Positions 17,074 through 26,770 of a stretch of 64,000 bases of DNA are shown here, piece after piece (within the stretch, counting starts at the first letter, position 1; each line of letters opens with the position of its first letter). The DNA is from Candidatus Yanofskybacteria bacterium RIFCSPHIGHO2_01_FULL_44_24 (GTDB taxonomy: Bacteria; Patescibacteriota; Minisyncoccia; 2-02-FULL-40-12; GWA2-44-9). The notes beneath the pieces were generated by a model that saw only the letters and a program-made list of their open reading frames with translations, searched no databases and had not been told where the DNA came from. A program made the position numbers and the translations under genes. The DNA lies in assembly GCA_001794215.1 (NCBI GenBank), contig MGJK01000011.1, forward strand, positions 3,170-67,169, written 5' to 3'.

Positions 17074-18276
17074 TTATACGTGAATCTTCGTTACAACTCC
17101 TGCTCCTACTGTTTTACCGCCTTCTCGAATGGCAAATCTCTGTTTCTCTTCCATGGCAATGGGGGCGATAAGTTTAACTTTCAAATTAGCCGTATCTCCG
17201 GGCATGACCATCTCAGTTCCCTCGGGAAGGATAACCTCTCCGGTAACATCCGTGGTTCTGAAATAAAACTGAGGTTTGTATCCCTTAAAGAATGGGGTGT
17301 GCCGTCCTCCCTCTTCCTTAGTCAATACATATATTTCCGCATCAAATTCAGTATGAGGAGTGATGGTTCCCGGCTTTGCCAATACCTGGCCTCTTTCGAT
17401 TTCTTCTTTCTTCGTACCTCGCAAAAGTATACCGGCATTATCGCCAGCCATACCTTCGTCTAACTGCTTATTGAACATTTCGATACCGGTAACAACGGTT
17501 TTAGCGGTCGGCTTCAAACCTACAATCTCGATTTCTTCGTTAAGTTTAACCATGCCTCGCTCAATTCTGCCGGTAACAACGGTTCCTCGGCCTTCGATAG
17601 AGAAAATGTCCTCTACCGGCATCAGGAACGGCTTGTCGGTTTCTCGGACAGGATTAGGAACATACGAATCAAGGCTATCGATCAATTCCTTAACTTTTTT
17701 GACCCACTCATCGTCTTTTGTTTTGCCTTCGAGAGCTTTCAAGCCGGAACCTCTTATAATCGGGGTTTTGTCTCCGGGGAACTGGTATTTATTCAAGAGC
17801 TCTCTGATTTCGGTTTCGACTAAGTCGATCATCTCGGGATCATCAACCTGGTCAACCTTGTTCAAAAATACCAAAAGATAAGGCACGCCAACCTGTCGAG
17901 CAAGAAGAATGTGTTCTCGGGTCTGAGGCATTGGACCGTCAGAAGCAGCAACAACCAAGACAGCCGCATCCATCTGAGCAGCTCCGGTAATCATGTTTTT
18001 AATGTAGTCCTGGTGGCCCGGGGCATCAACATGGGCATAATGCCTCTTCGGAGTTTCATACTCTGAGTGGTGTAAAGCGATTGTAATACCTCGGGCTTTT
18101 TCTTCCGGAGCATTATCAATCTGATCGACTGCTTCGACGCGGGCTCCATAACCTTCGTCTTTGTAAAGATTAAGTGTATGCAAAATAGCCGCGGTAAGAG
18201 TAGTTTTACCGTGGTCAACATGACCGATAGTGCCGACATTCAAGTGCGGCTTAGATCTTTCAAATTTTCCTGCCAT
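17074..18276 (-). CDS. tuf: elongation factor Tu
   Basis: 400 aa. [27 protein letters not shown]-motifs. Confidence 0.97.
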   Translation of the reverse strand: MAGKFERSKPHLNVGTIGHVDHGKTTLTAAILHTLNLYKDEGYGARVEAVDQIDNAPEEKARGITIALHHSEYETPKRHYAHVDAPGHQDYIKNMITGAAQMDAAVLVVAASDGPMPQTREHILLARQVGVPYLLVFLNKVDQVDDPEMIDLVETEIRELLNKYQFPGDKTPIIRGSGLKALEGKTKDDEWVKKVKELIDSLDSYVPNPVRETDKPFLMPVEDIFSIEGRGTVVTGRIERGMVKLNEEIEIVGLKPTAKTVVTGIEMFNKQLDEGMAGDNAGILLRGTKKEEIERGQVLAKPGTITPHTEFDAEIYVLTKEEGGRHTPFFKGYKPQFYFRTTDVTGEVILPEGTEMVMPGDTANLKVKLIAPIAMEEKQRFAIREGGKTVGAGVVTKIHV

Positions 18277-18397
18277 CTGTGTCCCTTACAACTTACAACT
18301 AATGACTTATCCTACTGTATGGCGGATCAGCCGTCGGTTGTTGGTTATTGGTTAAATAGTTAAAACAGCAATATTTATTGTAATCTAAGTATCAAAA

Positions 18398-18712
18398 CTA
18401 GTCAATCCCCGCCGTTCCGGATAATCCCCTCTCTTCGGTTTCTATCTGATTTTTCAACGCTGATATCTCCCGGTTCAATTTCTCCAGCAATTCAGTCTCC
18501 TTAGCGTGAATTCCGTTGCCCAGATGATGCATCTGTTCATTCGTAGCACCATTAGATGTCGAGCTGTTAATTTTAATATCCCTTTCTTCCTTTTCGGAAA
18601 CTAAGTCTCTATAGGTCTTATAATCTATAATAACCATCGAAGGATCGCCATTGTCCAAAACCAAAACAGAGGCGGATTTTTTTATTAGATTCTTAAGTTC
18701 GCTGATGTCCAA
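18398..18712 (-). CDS. hypothetical protein with YefM/Phd-like antitoxin-type N-terminal region and coiled-coil C-terminus
   Basis: N-terminus SASVLVLDNGDPSMVIIDYKTYRDLV resembles Phd/YefM beta-strand plus helix. No toxin partner nearby. Sits between fusA and tuf. Confidence 0.35.
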   Translation of the reverse strand: MDISELKNLIKKSASVLVLDNGDPSMVIIDYKTYRDLVSEKEERDIKINSSTSNGATNEQMHHLGNGIHAKETELLEKLNREISALKNQIETEERGLSGTAGID

Positions 18713-18790
18713 CGAATGTCTAAAGTCTAAAGACTAAAGTCTAAAGCCAGAAATTTAAGCCTTAATCCTTGGTCTTTTTGCCTTAAGCTA

Positions 18791-20926
18791 TCATTTCTTC
18801 CCCTCAACTATCAACTGGGCGATATTGTTCGGAACGGGCTCATAATGATCGAACTCCATATTAAACGTCCCCCGGCCCTCTGTCAACGACCTCAGGGCCG
18901 TAGCATATCCGAACATTTCAGATAGCGGAACACGCGATTCGATAACCTTAAGATTAAGGGGGCTTCGGTCATTAATGCTCAATATCTGTCCCCTTCTTGA
19001 AGCTAAATCTCCGGTTGATTCGCCCAAGCATTTTTCAGGAGTTATTATCTCAACTTTCATAATAGGTTCAAGTAAAATAGGCTTAGCTCTTTTGGCGGCC
19101 TCCTGCAGGGCGGTCGAGGCGGCAATCTTGAAGGCCACCTCTGAAGAATCGACTTCGTGGTATGAACCGTCATAAAGAGTCACCATCATATCAACCAAAG
19201 GAAAACCGGCAACAACTCCCTTATCCATAGCTTCACGAACTCCTTTTTCGGAAGGCGTGACAAACTCCTGAGGAATAGATCCTCCTTTTATGGCATTAAC
19301 GAATTCGTAGCCCTGTCCCCTTTCCTTGGGTTCGACTCTCAACCAAACATGGCCATACTGACCGCGACCGCCGGACTGTCTGATGTATTTACCCTCCGCT
19401 TCGGCCGTGCCGGAAATTGTTTCTTTATAAGCAACCTGAGGACGTCCGACGTTCAATCCAACGCCGAATTCCCTTTTCATCCGATCAACGATTATTTCTA
19501 AATGAAGCTCTCCCATACCCGATATGATAGTTTCTGCAGTTTCTTCATCGCTTCTTATCCTGAAAGTAGGATCCTCATCGGAAAGTTTTCTGAGCGCAAG
19601 ACTCATTTTTTCCTGATCAGCCTTGGTCTTGGGTTCCGCCCTCAAAGATATGACGGGTTCAGGAACATCTATACCCTCTAAAACTACGGGAACAGAGGGA
19701 TCGCAGAGAGTATCGCCTGTCTTAGTGGCTTTCAGACCAACCGTCGCCGCTATATTACCGGCGTATATCTCCTTTATTTCTTCTCTTTCATTGGCGTGCA
19801 ATCTGACAATACGGCTTATGCGCTCCTGCTGGCCGGTTCGGGTATTTAAAACATAAGAGCCGGAAGCAAGCTTTCCGGAATAAACACGAAAGAAAGTAAG
19901 AGATCCGACGAAAGGATCGGTAGCCGTTTTGAAAGCTAATGCGGCAAACGGAGCATTGTCATCAGGCGAAATAGTCATATCCTTTCCGGTCTTCTGATCA
20001 ACGGCATTGGTCGCTGAAATATCAACTGGGGAGGGCAAATAATACGCTACTGCATCTAAAACAAGCTGGACGCCCTTATTCTTTAGCGCTGATCCGCAAA
20101 GAACGGGGAAAATTTTATTTTCGATAGTCGCCCTACGAATAATTTTCCTCAATCTTTCGACAGAGATCTCCTTTCCATCGAGGTATTCAGCCATAGCTTC
20201 ATCGTCCTGCTCGACAATCCTTTCAATAGCAGCAGCTCTTTCTTGCTTAGCCTTATCAGCTAAATCGGCCGGAATAGCACCTTTGACTATCTTCTCACCC
20301 TTATCGCCCTCAAATGTGTAATATTCCATTGTCAAGAGATCGACGATTCCCTTGAACTGATCCTCGTGACCGTCGGGAATCTGAAGCTTCACCGCATGAG
20401 GTGATAACCTTTCTAAAATTGATTGAAATGAACGGTCGAAAGATGCACCAAGACGATCAAGCTTATTGATAAAACAAACCCGGGGAACCTTATAATCATC
20501 CGCGTACCTCCAGTTAGTTTCAGATTGGGGTTCAACTCCGGCGACACCGTCAAAAACGACAACCGCACCGTCGAGGACCCGCAAAGAACGCTTAACTTCA
20601 ATTGTAAAATCGATATGCCCGGGAGTATCTATAATGTTCAGCTTGACCTTCTCGTCTTCCCGCCCTTGGCGAGGCTCGCCTTCAGCGGCCTTGTTCTTGG
20701 CATCCGTTGGAGACCAATAGGCAGTCGTGGCAGCAGCAGTAATAGTAATTCCCCTCTCCCGCTCCTGTTCCATCCAATCCATTACCGTATCACCCTCGTG
20801 AACTTCTCCTATCTTATGCGAAATTCCTGTATAAAAAAGAATCCTCTCCGAGGTTGTGGTTTTGCCCGCATCAATATGGGCAATGACGCCGAAGTTTCTA
20901 ATTTTATTTATTGGATAATCCGCCAT
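18791..20926 (-). CDS. fusA: elongation factor G
   Basis: 711 aa. AHIDAGKTTTSERIL, DTPGHIDF, five-domain EF-G architecture. Confidence 0.97.
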   Translation of the reverse strand: MADYPINKIRNFGVIAHIDAGKTTTSERILFYTGISHKIGEVHEGDTVMDWMEQERERGITITAAATTAYWSPTDAKNKAAEGEPRQGREDEKVKLNIIDTPGHIDFTIEVKRSLRVLDGAVVVFDGVAGVEPQSETNWRYADDYKVPRVCFINKLDRLGASFDRSFQSILERLSPHAVKLQIPDGHEDQFKGIVDLLTMEYYTFEGDKGEKIVKGAIPADLADKAKQERAAAIERIVEQDDEAMAEYLDGKEISVERLRKIIRRATIENKIFPVLCGSALKNKGVQLVLDAVAYYLPSPVDISATNAVDQKTGKDMTISPDDNAPFAALAFKTATDPFVGSLTFFRVYSGKLASGSYVLNTRTGQQERISRIVRLHANEREEIKEIYAGNIAATVGLKATKTGDTLCDPSVPVVLEGIDVPEPVISLRAEPKTKADQEKMSLALRKLSDEDPTFRIRSDEETAETIISGMGELHLEIIVDRMKREFGVGLNVGRPQVAYKETISGTAEAEGKYIRQSGGRGQYGHVWLRVEPKERGQGYEFVNAIKGGSIPQEFVTPSEKGVREAMDKGVVAGFPLVDMMVTLYDGSYHEVDSSEVAFKIAASTALQEAAKRAKPILLEPIMKVEIITPEKCLGESTGDLASRRGQILSINDRSPLNLKVIESRVPLSEMFGYATALRSLTEGRGTFNMEFDHYEPVPNNIAQLIVEGKK

Positions 20927-21092
20927 AATTATAACTTGCTGACCGCTCTGCTGAGCTTCGCCCTAAAGCAGTGCGCTCTTGGTCAACTTCTTCGTTAAAA
21001 GCTCCGATCCTCCCTCGTCATACTATGGGTATGCCTCGTTTCGGTCCTCGCTTTTGCCTTGAATTTGGCCAAGCCAGCTACGTTCTAAAAAA

Positions 21093-21296
21093 CTAATACT
21101 TTTTTAACAAATGATTCAGAATTTTTAAAAGTGGCTTCCTCCAATCCTTTTCAAGCTGTGTTCGAATAAGATTAACAGTTTTTTTATCCTCTGATGACAG
21201 TTTATATTTTTCCAACTTATAAATCTTCGCTGATATTTGGTAATCTCGTTTTTCTCCTAAAACATATCTTTTTTGATCTTTTAAACTAACCTTCAT
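21093..21296 (-). CDS. hypothetical small basic protein in the rpsG-fusA spacer (doubtful)
   Basis: 67-aa ORF. AAGGAG present but 19 nt from the ATG. The 575-bp spacer also holds GC-rich hairpins. Confidence 0.2.
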   Translation of the reverse strand: MKVSLKDQKRYVLGEKRDYQISAKIYKLEKYKLSSEDKKTVNLIRTQLEKDWRKPLLKILNHLLKKY

Positions 21297-21501
21297 TTAT
21301 TTAAATCTTTAATGACTCCTTACGCTTACTTAAAAAATTAATCTGTTTATGCCAAGTTCGAGGCAAAATCGAGTATTGATTCGAGGCGTAGTTAGCCTAC
21401 GGCGAGAATCAAACGGAGATTTTAACGAAGGAATTGGCTAAACCCAAAGGGCATGTCGTCGGCCTAAAGATTCTTATCAGGCCAGACATGCAGATAATTT
21501 T

Positions 21502-21969
21502 TTACCAAGCAAAGTGAGCGAAAGCCTTGTTGGCTTCTGCCATTCTATGCACATCCATCTTCTTCTTGATTGCATTTCCGGTATTATTGAAGGCATTGAT
21601 CAATTCCTCGGCGAGTTTTTCCTCCATCGGTTTGCCTTTCTGAGACTGAGCAGATTCTATGATCCAGCGCATCGCAAGAGCGACTCTTCTCTCGGGCCTT
21701 ACTTCTACAGGAACCTGATAGTTGGCTCCGCCTATTCTTCGCGATCTTAATTCCATATTGGGCCCGGTATTTTCAAGAGCTTTATCGAAAACCTCTAAGG
21801 GCGGTTTTTGTGTCTTCTGCTCTATAATATCTAAAGCGCCGTAGACTATTTTAGTAGCTATCGCCTTTTTACCGGACTTCATGATTTTATTGATGAGCTT
21901 GGAAATCAAAACATTCGAATACTTTATATCCGGTTTTGCTATATTTCTTTTTTTAACTGGTCTGCGCAT
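21502..21969 (-). CDS. rpsG: 30S ribosomal protein S7
   Basis: 155 aa. Canonical S7 C-terminus ([13 protein letters not shown]...). Confidence 0.9.
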   Translation of the reverse strand: MRRPVKKRNIAKPDIKYSNVLISKLINKIMKSGKKAIATKIVYGALDIIEQKTQKPPLEVFDKALENTGPNMELRSRRIGGANYQVPVEVRPERRVALAMRWIIESAQSQKGKPMEEKLAEELINAFNNTGNAIKKKMDVHRMAEANKAFAHFAW

Positions 21970-22162
21970 TCGCGGGTTAAAAGTCCATCAAGTTCTTAAA
22001 GTTAATAAAGTACTTTACAAACTTTATAACTTTACAAACTTTATAAACTATTTCTTAGGTCTCTTCGCTCCGTATTTGCTCCTCTGTTGTCCCGATTTTG
22101 TTCATCGGAACGATGACTACAAAATCGTGGATCCACGATTTGCCCTGCAAATCGGGACATTC

Positions 22163-22588
22163 TTACTTCGGACGCTTTGCACCATATTTCGATCTCTGTT
22201 GTTTACGGCCTTCAACTCCTGAAGCATCGAGCATGCCTCTCACTATATGATACCTGATTCCGGGCAAATCCTTTACCCTTCCTCCCCGGATTACAACCAC
22301 CGAGTGTTCCTGCAGGTTATGCCCTATGCCAGGAATATATGCCGTAACCTCCATACCATTGGTCAACCGGACTCGGGCTATTTTTCTTAAGGCCGAGTTA
22401 GGCTTCTTCGGAGTGGTGGTCTTTACCTGAAGGCATACCCCCCTTTTAAACGAGGCTGGGTAGTAGATGGGTTTGTTTTGCAGGGTATTAAAGCCAAACG
22501 TCAAAGCCGGCGACTTGGTTTTCGCTCGCGTAATATTTCGAGGTTTTTTCAATAGTTGTCGAAAGGTTGGCAATGGCTTAAGGCTCAA
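22163..22588 (-). CDS. rpsL: 30S ribosomal protein S12
   Basis: [11 protein letters not shown] ... [10 protein letters not shown] ... canonical S12. Confidence 0.95.
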   Translation of the reverse strand: MSLKPLPTFRQLLKKPRNITRAKTKSPALTFGFNTLQNKPIYYPASFKRGVCLQVKTTTPKKPNSALRKIARVRLTNGMEVTAYIPGIGHNLQEHSVVVIRGGRVKDLPGIRYHIVRGMLDASGVEGRKQQRSKYGAKRPK

Positions 22589-22722
22589 CGACTAATAGCT
22601 AAGGCCGAATAAAATAATCTTCTCTTCTGGCTTTAAGCTTTAGACATTGGCTTTTTGGTTCATCAATCAAAAAGACCGATCAGGTCCTTGAGATTATAGC
22701 AAAAGATATTATCCCATGTCAA

Positions 22723-23361
22723 TCAAAAGCCTACTCCCGTTATAAACTTAAAGGCGAGGAAAACCAGCGGGAATATGAGCGGGAATATAAAGAACAGAAA
22801 AAATATAAATATAAACATGCTATAGCGATACATGAAATTCCTTAAACCGACCATCCTGCTCGGAAGAAAAGTCATCAGCAACCAGTGGCCGTCTAACGGC
22901 GGAATAGGAAAAAGATTAAATAAAGCCAAGACAAGGTTCAGGCTTACTATGAAAGAAAGCAGTTGAGGAATAAGAGAAGAAGAAAAAACGTCCGGAAGAA
23001 ACCTGAGAGTCAGGCCGAATAAAACAGCAAGGATAAGGTTGGTAATCGGCCCGGCAATGGCTACTTTGGCCGGTCCGTACTTTCGATCAGAGAGATTGTC
23101 GGGATTGTATGGCACCGGTTTGGCATATCCGAATATAAACGGGGCATTTACTAAAAACAAAAACAGCGGGAGAACGATGGATCCGAAAATATCCAAATGC
23201 TTAATGGGGTTAAGGGTTAGTCTCCCTAAATTTTTAGCCGTGGGGTCGCCTAATGCATTGGCAATCGCGCCATGGGCTACTTCGTGGATCACTACCGAGT
23301 AAAGAAGCACTAAAACCTGAAAGATGGCTAACAAAATATCCATACCTTGAAATGTTAGCAA
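22723..23361 (-). CDS. site-2 protease family (peptidase M50) zinc metalloprotease, membrane
   Basis: HEVAHG (HExxH) in a TM helix and the LFNLFPIPPLDGH motif. Six predicted TM segments. Confidence 0.75.
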   Translation of the reverse strand: MLTFQGMDILLAIFQVLVLLYSVVIHEVAHGAIANALGDPTAKNLGRLTLNPIKHLDIFGSIVLPLFLFLVNAPFIFGYAKPVPYNPDNLSDRKYGPAKVAIAGPITNLILAVLFGLTLRFLPDVFSSSLIPQLLSFIVSLNLVLALFNLFPIPPLDGHWLLMTFLPSRMVGLRNFMYRYSMFIFIFFLFFIFPLIFPLVFLAFKFITGVGF

Positions 23362-23362
23362 G

Positions 23363-23391
23363 TTTGGGGTATACTGACAAGCAAAATCCTA
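23363..23391 (+). promoter_or_regulatory. candidate promoter TTGAAA-17-TATACT upstream of rpmB
   Basis: CCTTGAAatgttagcaagtttggggTATACT on the plus strand in the divergent spacer. Confidence 0.3.
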
Positions 23392-23514
23392 AGCACGAAA
23401 TCCTAAATCCTAAACAAGGCTTGGAAATCTTAAATTCAAAATAATAAAAACTTTGAATTTTGGAAATTTGAGCTTAGATATTGTTTCGAATTTAGATATT
23501 CGAATTTCGAATTT

Positions 23515-23724
23515 ATGGCAACCAGATGTCCAAATTGCGGCAAAAAACCGATCATGGTCACTACTCGAAAGCTCCTTCGAGGTCATTATAATCCGACCAA
23601 CCGATCCAAGAGCTACCCAAACCTCCAATGGGCCAAGATCCAGGACAAAACAGCTCCTACTGGCTGGCGACGGGTAAAAATCTGTACTGACTGCATCAAG
23701 ACCCTCAATAAAGCCACCAAGTAA
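23515..23724 (+). CDS. rpmB: 50S ribosomal protein L28 (zinc-ribbon type)
   Basis: CPNCGKK...YNPTNRSKSYPNLQ...CTDC. L28 fold with C4 motif. Confidence 0.8.
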   Translation: MATRCPNCGKKPIMVTTRKLLRGHYNPTNRSKSYPNLQWAKIQDKTAPTGWRRVKICTDCIKTLNKATK

Positions 23725-23725
23725 A

Positions 23726-24673
23726 TTGATCAGGGAATCTATTAAGACGCAACGCGATCCTTCCATTATCTCTGAAGCCGAAGAGAGGACCTTTGGGTTA
23801 CTCGTCGAACGGCACAGAACGAACGCCATAAGGATGGAGGATTTTATAGGTAGAGAGGGTTACAGCCGAGAAGGCATAGAGCGCGACCACCTAAGCGTAG
23901 AGTCGAAAAAAGCCCGCATTAAAGAACAGGGGACAGAACCTACGAAAAGAGCCCAGATACTTGAGGCTCTGCTTGCTGAACAGATTGAACTTAGCGACTG
24001 GTTCGGGCCAAGCGCATTAACAATCCTCCCCTCCGAATATGACGACTTGTACAACGGGGTTGATACGGCTATCGAATTTGAAGACAAAGACGGTTTTCAA
24101 TATTTAGCGGCGGGAGTAGATATTACATCCTCGGCTCAAGCTGTTCAGGAAAAAATAGCTAAAATCAAAAAACGAATCGCCGAGGGGAAGTTAACAAGAA
24201 TTAAATATTTTGAGTCCGAAAGAAATAAAGATCGTAAGCCTGGCCCCTTAGAACAGGTCCCCTTGCTGATAATAGGAACTGAGGGCCGAACAATCAGAGA
24301 ACTGTCCGAACTGTGGCTTACTATCCATAGGACTAAATTGGCCAAAAAAGACGGCGGTACTGTCTTATCGGAAGAATCTCAAGCGAACCAAAGACAGATA
24401 ACTAAAGAAGCTCAGAAAAAAATAGCCGAACACCGAATTCAGATCATGCTCTTAGAGCAGATAGAAAAGCAACTGACGGTTTTCATGGAATACGCTAAAA
24501 AGATCAAGAAAAACGAAATAGCCAAGAAATATGAAGACCTGCTTGAATTAATAAGGGAGATACTCAAAGAAAAAGAGATAACTGACGAGGATCAGGAAAA
24601 AAACGAAGAAGACGCAGTAAACGCAGCGATAGAAGAGACCTTGATGCAATTTGATTCATTGCCCATAGATTAA
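23726..24673 (+). CDS. hypothetical protein (315 aa, TTG start), charged/coiled-coil C-terminal half
   Basis: Long ORF immediately after rpmB. No recognisable catalytic motif. Confidence 0.45.
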   Translation: MIRESIKTQRDPSIISEAEERTFGLLVERHRTNAIRMEDFIGREGYSREGIERDHLSVESKKARIKEQGTEPTKRAQILEALLAEQIELSDWFGPSALTILPSEYDDLYNGVDTAIEFEDKDGFQYLAAGVDITSSAQAVQEKIAKIKKRIAEGKLTRIKYFESERNKDRKPGPLEQVPLLIIGTEGRTIRELSELWLTIHRTKLAKKDGGTVLSEESQANQRQITKEAQKKIAEHRIQIMLLEQIEKQLTVFMEYAKKIKKNEIAKKYEDLLELIREILKEKEITDEDQEKNEEDAVNAAIEETLMQFDSLPID

Positions 24674-24816
24674 CCAATTCGGGCCCTCACACCCACTAAC
24701 CACCTGCTGCTTTTATTTCCACGTAAAGATAAATTGGTCCCTGATATATTTTACTTCTGAATGGGATCATGTTGCATGGCAGCTACTAAGAAACATGTGG
24801 TTAGTAGGTGTCAGGG

Positions 24817-24887
24817 CGGGCTGTCGGATAATGGTAGTCCGTACCCTTGGGGTGGGTATAGCCCGAGTTCGATTCTCGGCAGCCCGA
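24817..24887 (+). tRNA. tRNA-Pro (anticodon GGG)
   Basis: Hand-folded cloverleaf. Acceptor CGGGCTG/CAGCCCG, D-arm GGAT-AATGGTA-GTCC, anticodon arm TACCC-TTGGGGT-GGGTA, T-arm CCGAG-TTCGATT-CTCGG, discriminator A. No encoded CCA. Confidence 0.8.
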
Positions 24888-24978
24888 CTGAACGAAGTGA
24901 AGGAGGTCTCGAGCCGATTATTAAGGCGAGAGACAAGACATATTCAAAAACAGGTTCGATGCCTGTTTTTGAATTGGG
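24883..24978 (+). repeat. direct repeat copy 1: tRNA-Pro 3' end plus about 80 nt with terminator-like hairpin
   Basis: CCGACTGAACGAAGTGAAGGAGGTCTCGAGCCGATTATTAAGGCGAGAGACAAGACATATTCAAAAACAGGTTCGATGCCTGTTTTTGAAT. About 90% identical to 25723-25808. Confidence 0.7.
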
Positions 24979-25022
24979 CGGCATGGTTTACTTTGGAACT
25001 TTTTGGTGATTAAATTAAGATT

Positions 25023-25697
25023 ATGCCAGACGAATGGTCAGATCAACAATTTGCAGAAGATTGGGATAGTGGAGGTGCGACAAAACATCCTGTAAGAAAA
25101 GAGCACTTAGACATTCTCCTATCTATTATTTCGAGTAATTATTCTTCGGGTAAATATATCCTTGATTTAGGTTATGGTTCTGGCCAGGTAGAAGAAATGA
25201 TCTATCAACGGATACCAGATGCCCGAATAGTCGGAACCGACAATTCAGATGTTATGATAAGACTGTCAAAAAAGAGATTGGGCGATAAATTTTCTAAACT
25301 AACTGTTATAAATCATGGCCTAGAAAATGTAGAATCTCTCAAATTACCAAAAGTAAATTATCAATATGTAATCAGCGTCCAAGCCCTGCATCACCTGAAG
25401 CACGATCAACAGAAAGATATTTTTAAATTTGCTTATAATACCTTAGAAATAGGCGGAAGCTTTATATTTATAGATAGGATTGCCCTTGATATTAAAACAT
25501 TTGAAAAACCATATAAGGCTATCTATGAGAATATGTTCGGCAAAGCTTTTGAAGAATATGTTAAGGACATCGCGCAGAAAGAAGATTATCCAGCGAGCCC
25601 AGAAGAGCATATCGCTTGGCTAGAAAGAATCGGTTTTAAGGCTACCTGTCTAAATAAGAAATTCGACAGGGCATTCATAGTTGGCATCAAGGCTTAG
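25023..25697 (+). CDS. class I SAM-dependent methyltransferase
   Basis: Motif I ILDLGYGSGQ and post-I D (IVGTDNSD). Rossmann MTase fold spacing. Confidence 0.75.
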   Translation: MPDEWSDQQFAEDWDSGGATKHPVRKEHLDILLSIISSNYSSGKYILDLGYGSGQVEEMIYQRIPDARIVGTDNSDVMIRLSKKRLGDKFSKLTVINHGLENVESLKLPKVNYQYVISVQALHHLKHDQQKDIFKFAYNTLEIGGSFIFIDRIALDIKTFEKPYKAIYENMFGKAFEEYVKDIAQKEDYPASPEEHIAWLERIGFKATCLNKKFDRAFIVGIKA

Positions 25698-25722
25698 TTC
25701 CGTTCCAACTTCCTCCCACAAA

Positions 25723-25808
25723 GCCGACTGAAGTGAAGGAGGTCTCGAGCCGATTAAGGCGAGAGACAAGACATATTCATAAATAGGCTCGATGCCTATT
25801 TATGAATC
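25723..25808 (+). repeat. direct repeat copy 2 (att-like), without a tRNA
   Basis: CCGACTGAAGTGAAGGAGGTCTCGAGCCGATTAAGGCGAGAGACAAGACATATTCATAAATAGGCTCGATGCCTATTTATGAAT. Confidence 0.7.
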
Positions 25809-25810
25809 TA

Positions 25811-25900
25811 TATCCACCTAAAAACCGCCTTCCAGGCGAAGTTTCTTATAAGCGTGCTTTAGCCGCTTATAGAATCGCCTCCGGCGGTTTTTAGGTGGAC
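25811..25900. repeat. long imperfect hairpin (16-bp outer stem CCACCTAAAAACCGCC/GGCGGTTTTTAGGTGG)
   Basis: About 90-nt palindromic structure immediately after direct repeat copy 2. Confidence 0.5.
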
Positions 25901-26291
25901 CCATCCTTTGTCTCAAGTCTTCAGCTTTGTTTTTGAACCCGTTCTAAAGCTCTCCATTCTACTGCAATTTTAATATTTGGATTACGACTTCAAGAAAATT
26001 TTTCGACGTAGTTACCACTATGCCTTAAAATTTTCTTTTCGTCTCTTCTCAAATCTTAAAATTTCGTAACGAATAAGAACTTCAGAACGGGTTCACAGTG
26101 GGTGTCCGCAGAATAATCCCTCGGAATCCCCAAACATGAGGCTTCACCGGAATTATAGAATATAAGACTCCCCGATAAGACAATTTGTTCTAAAGCTTGG
26201 AAACAAAAGAAGAGCCTAACTTAATTATAGCAGTCCAACCGAAACTAAAAAGTGGATATCTCTACCCACTTTTTAGTAAATTAGGAGAATC

Positions 26292-26768
26292 CTACTCTCC
26301 CCTTTCAACGTCATAGTAGAAGTGAGCGTCTGGCTTATCGTAACCAAAGATCTCAGTTGTTTTAAAATAAAGTTTTATCTCCCTATAGGCGGCTTTTTCA
26401 TCTTCAGATGCATGAATTATATTCCTCGATATGGCACCACTATAGTCGCCCCTTATTGTTCCGGGAGGAGCATTCCTTCCATCAGTCGGGCCACACATAG
26501 TACGCACAACCCTTACCACCTCCAAGCCCTCCAATACAACCAGGACTACCGGCAACATTTGCATGTATTTCTTGGTCGGTTCAAAGAAATGTTTTCCCTT
26601 GTGTTGGGCATAATGCTTATCAAGCAGTAAATCAGACAGCTTAGCCATCTTCATTCCCACTATCTTTATCCCTTTCTGTTCAAACCTATCTATTATTTCA
26701 CCTACAATGCCTCGATGAATCGCATCGGGTTTTAATATAATCAACGTCCGCTGTAACTTATCTGACAT
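26292..26768 (-). CDS. ndk: nucleoside diphosphate kinase
   Basis: TLIILKPDAIHRGIVGEII... NDK fold. Confidence 0.9.
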   Translation of the reverse strand: MSDKLQRTLIILKPDAIHRGIVGEIIDRFEQKGIKIVGMKMAKLSDLLLDKHYAQHKGKHFFEPTKKYMQMLPVVLVVLEGLEVVRVVRTMCGPTDGRNAPPGTIRGDYSGAISRNIIHASEDEKAAYREIKLYFKTTEIFGYDKPDAHFYYDVERGE

Positions 26769-26770
26769 AA

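Noticed and set aside
17080-20998. Many plus-strand ORFs (60-215 aa) inside tuf, fusA, hppA, nrdJ, the ACAD gene and so on
   Set aside because: They are antisense to strongly supported genes, with low-complexity Ser/Pro/Leu-rich translations typical of antisense frames.
23410-23829. 139-aa minus-strand ORF
   Set aside because: It overlaps the divergent promoter region, rpmB and the start of the downstream plus-strand gene. No support.
24761-25013. 82-aa and 72-aa plus-strand ORFs
   Set aside because: They overlap the well-folded tRNA-Pro and the att-like repeat.
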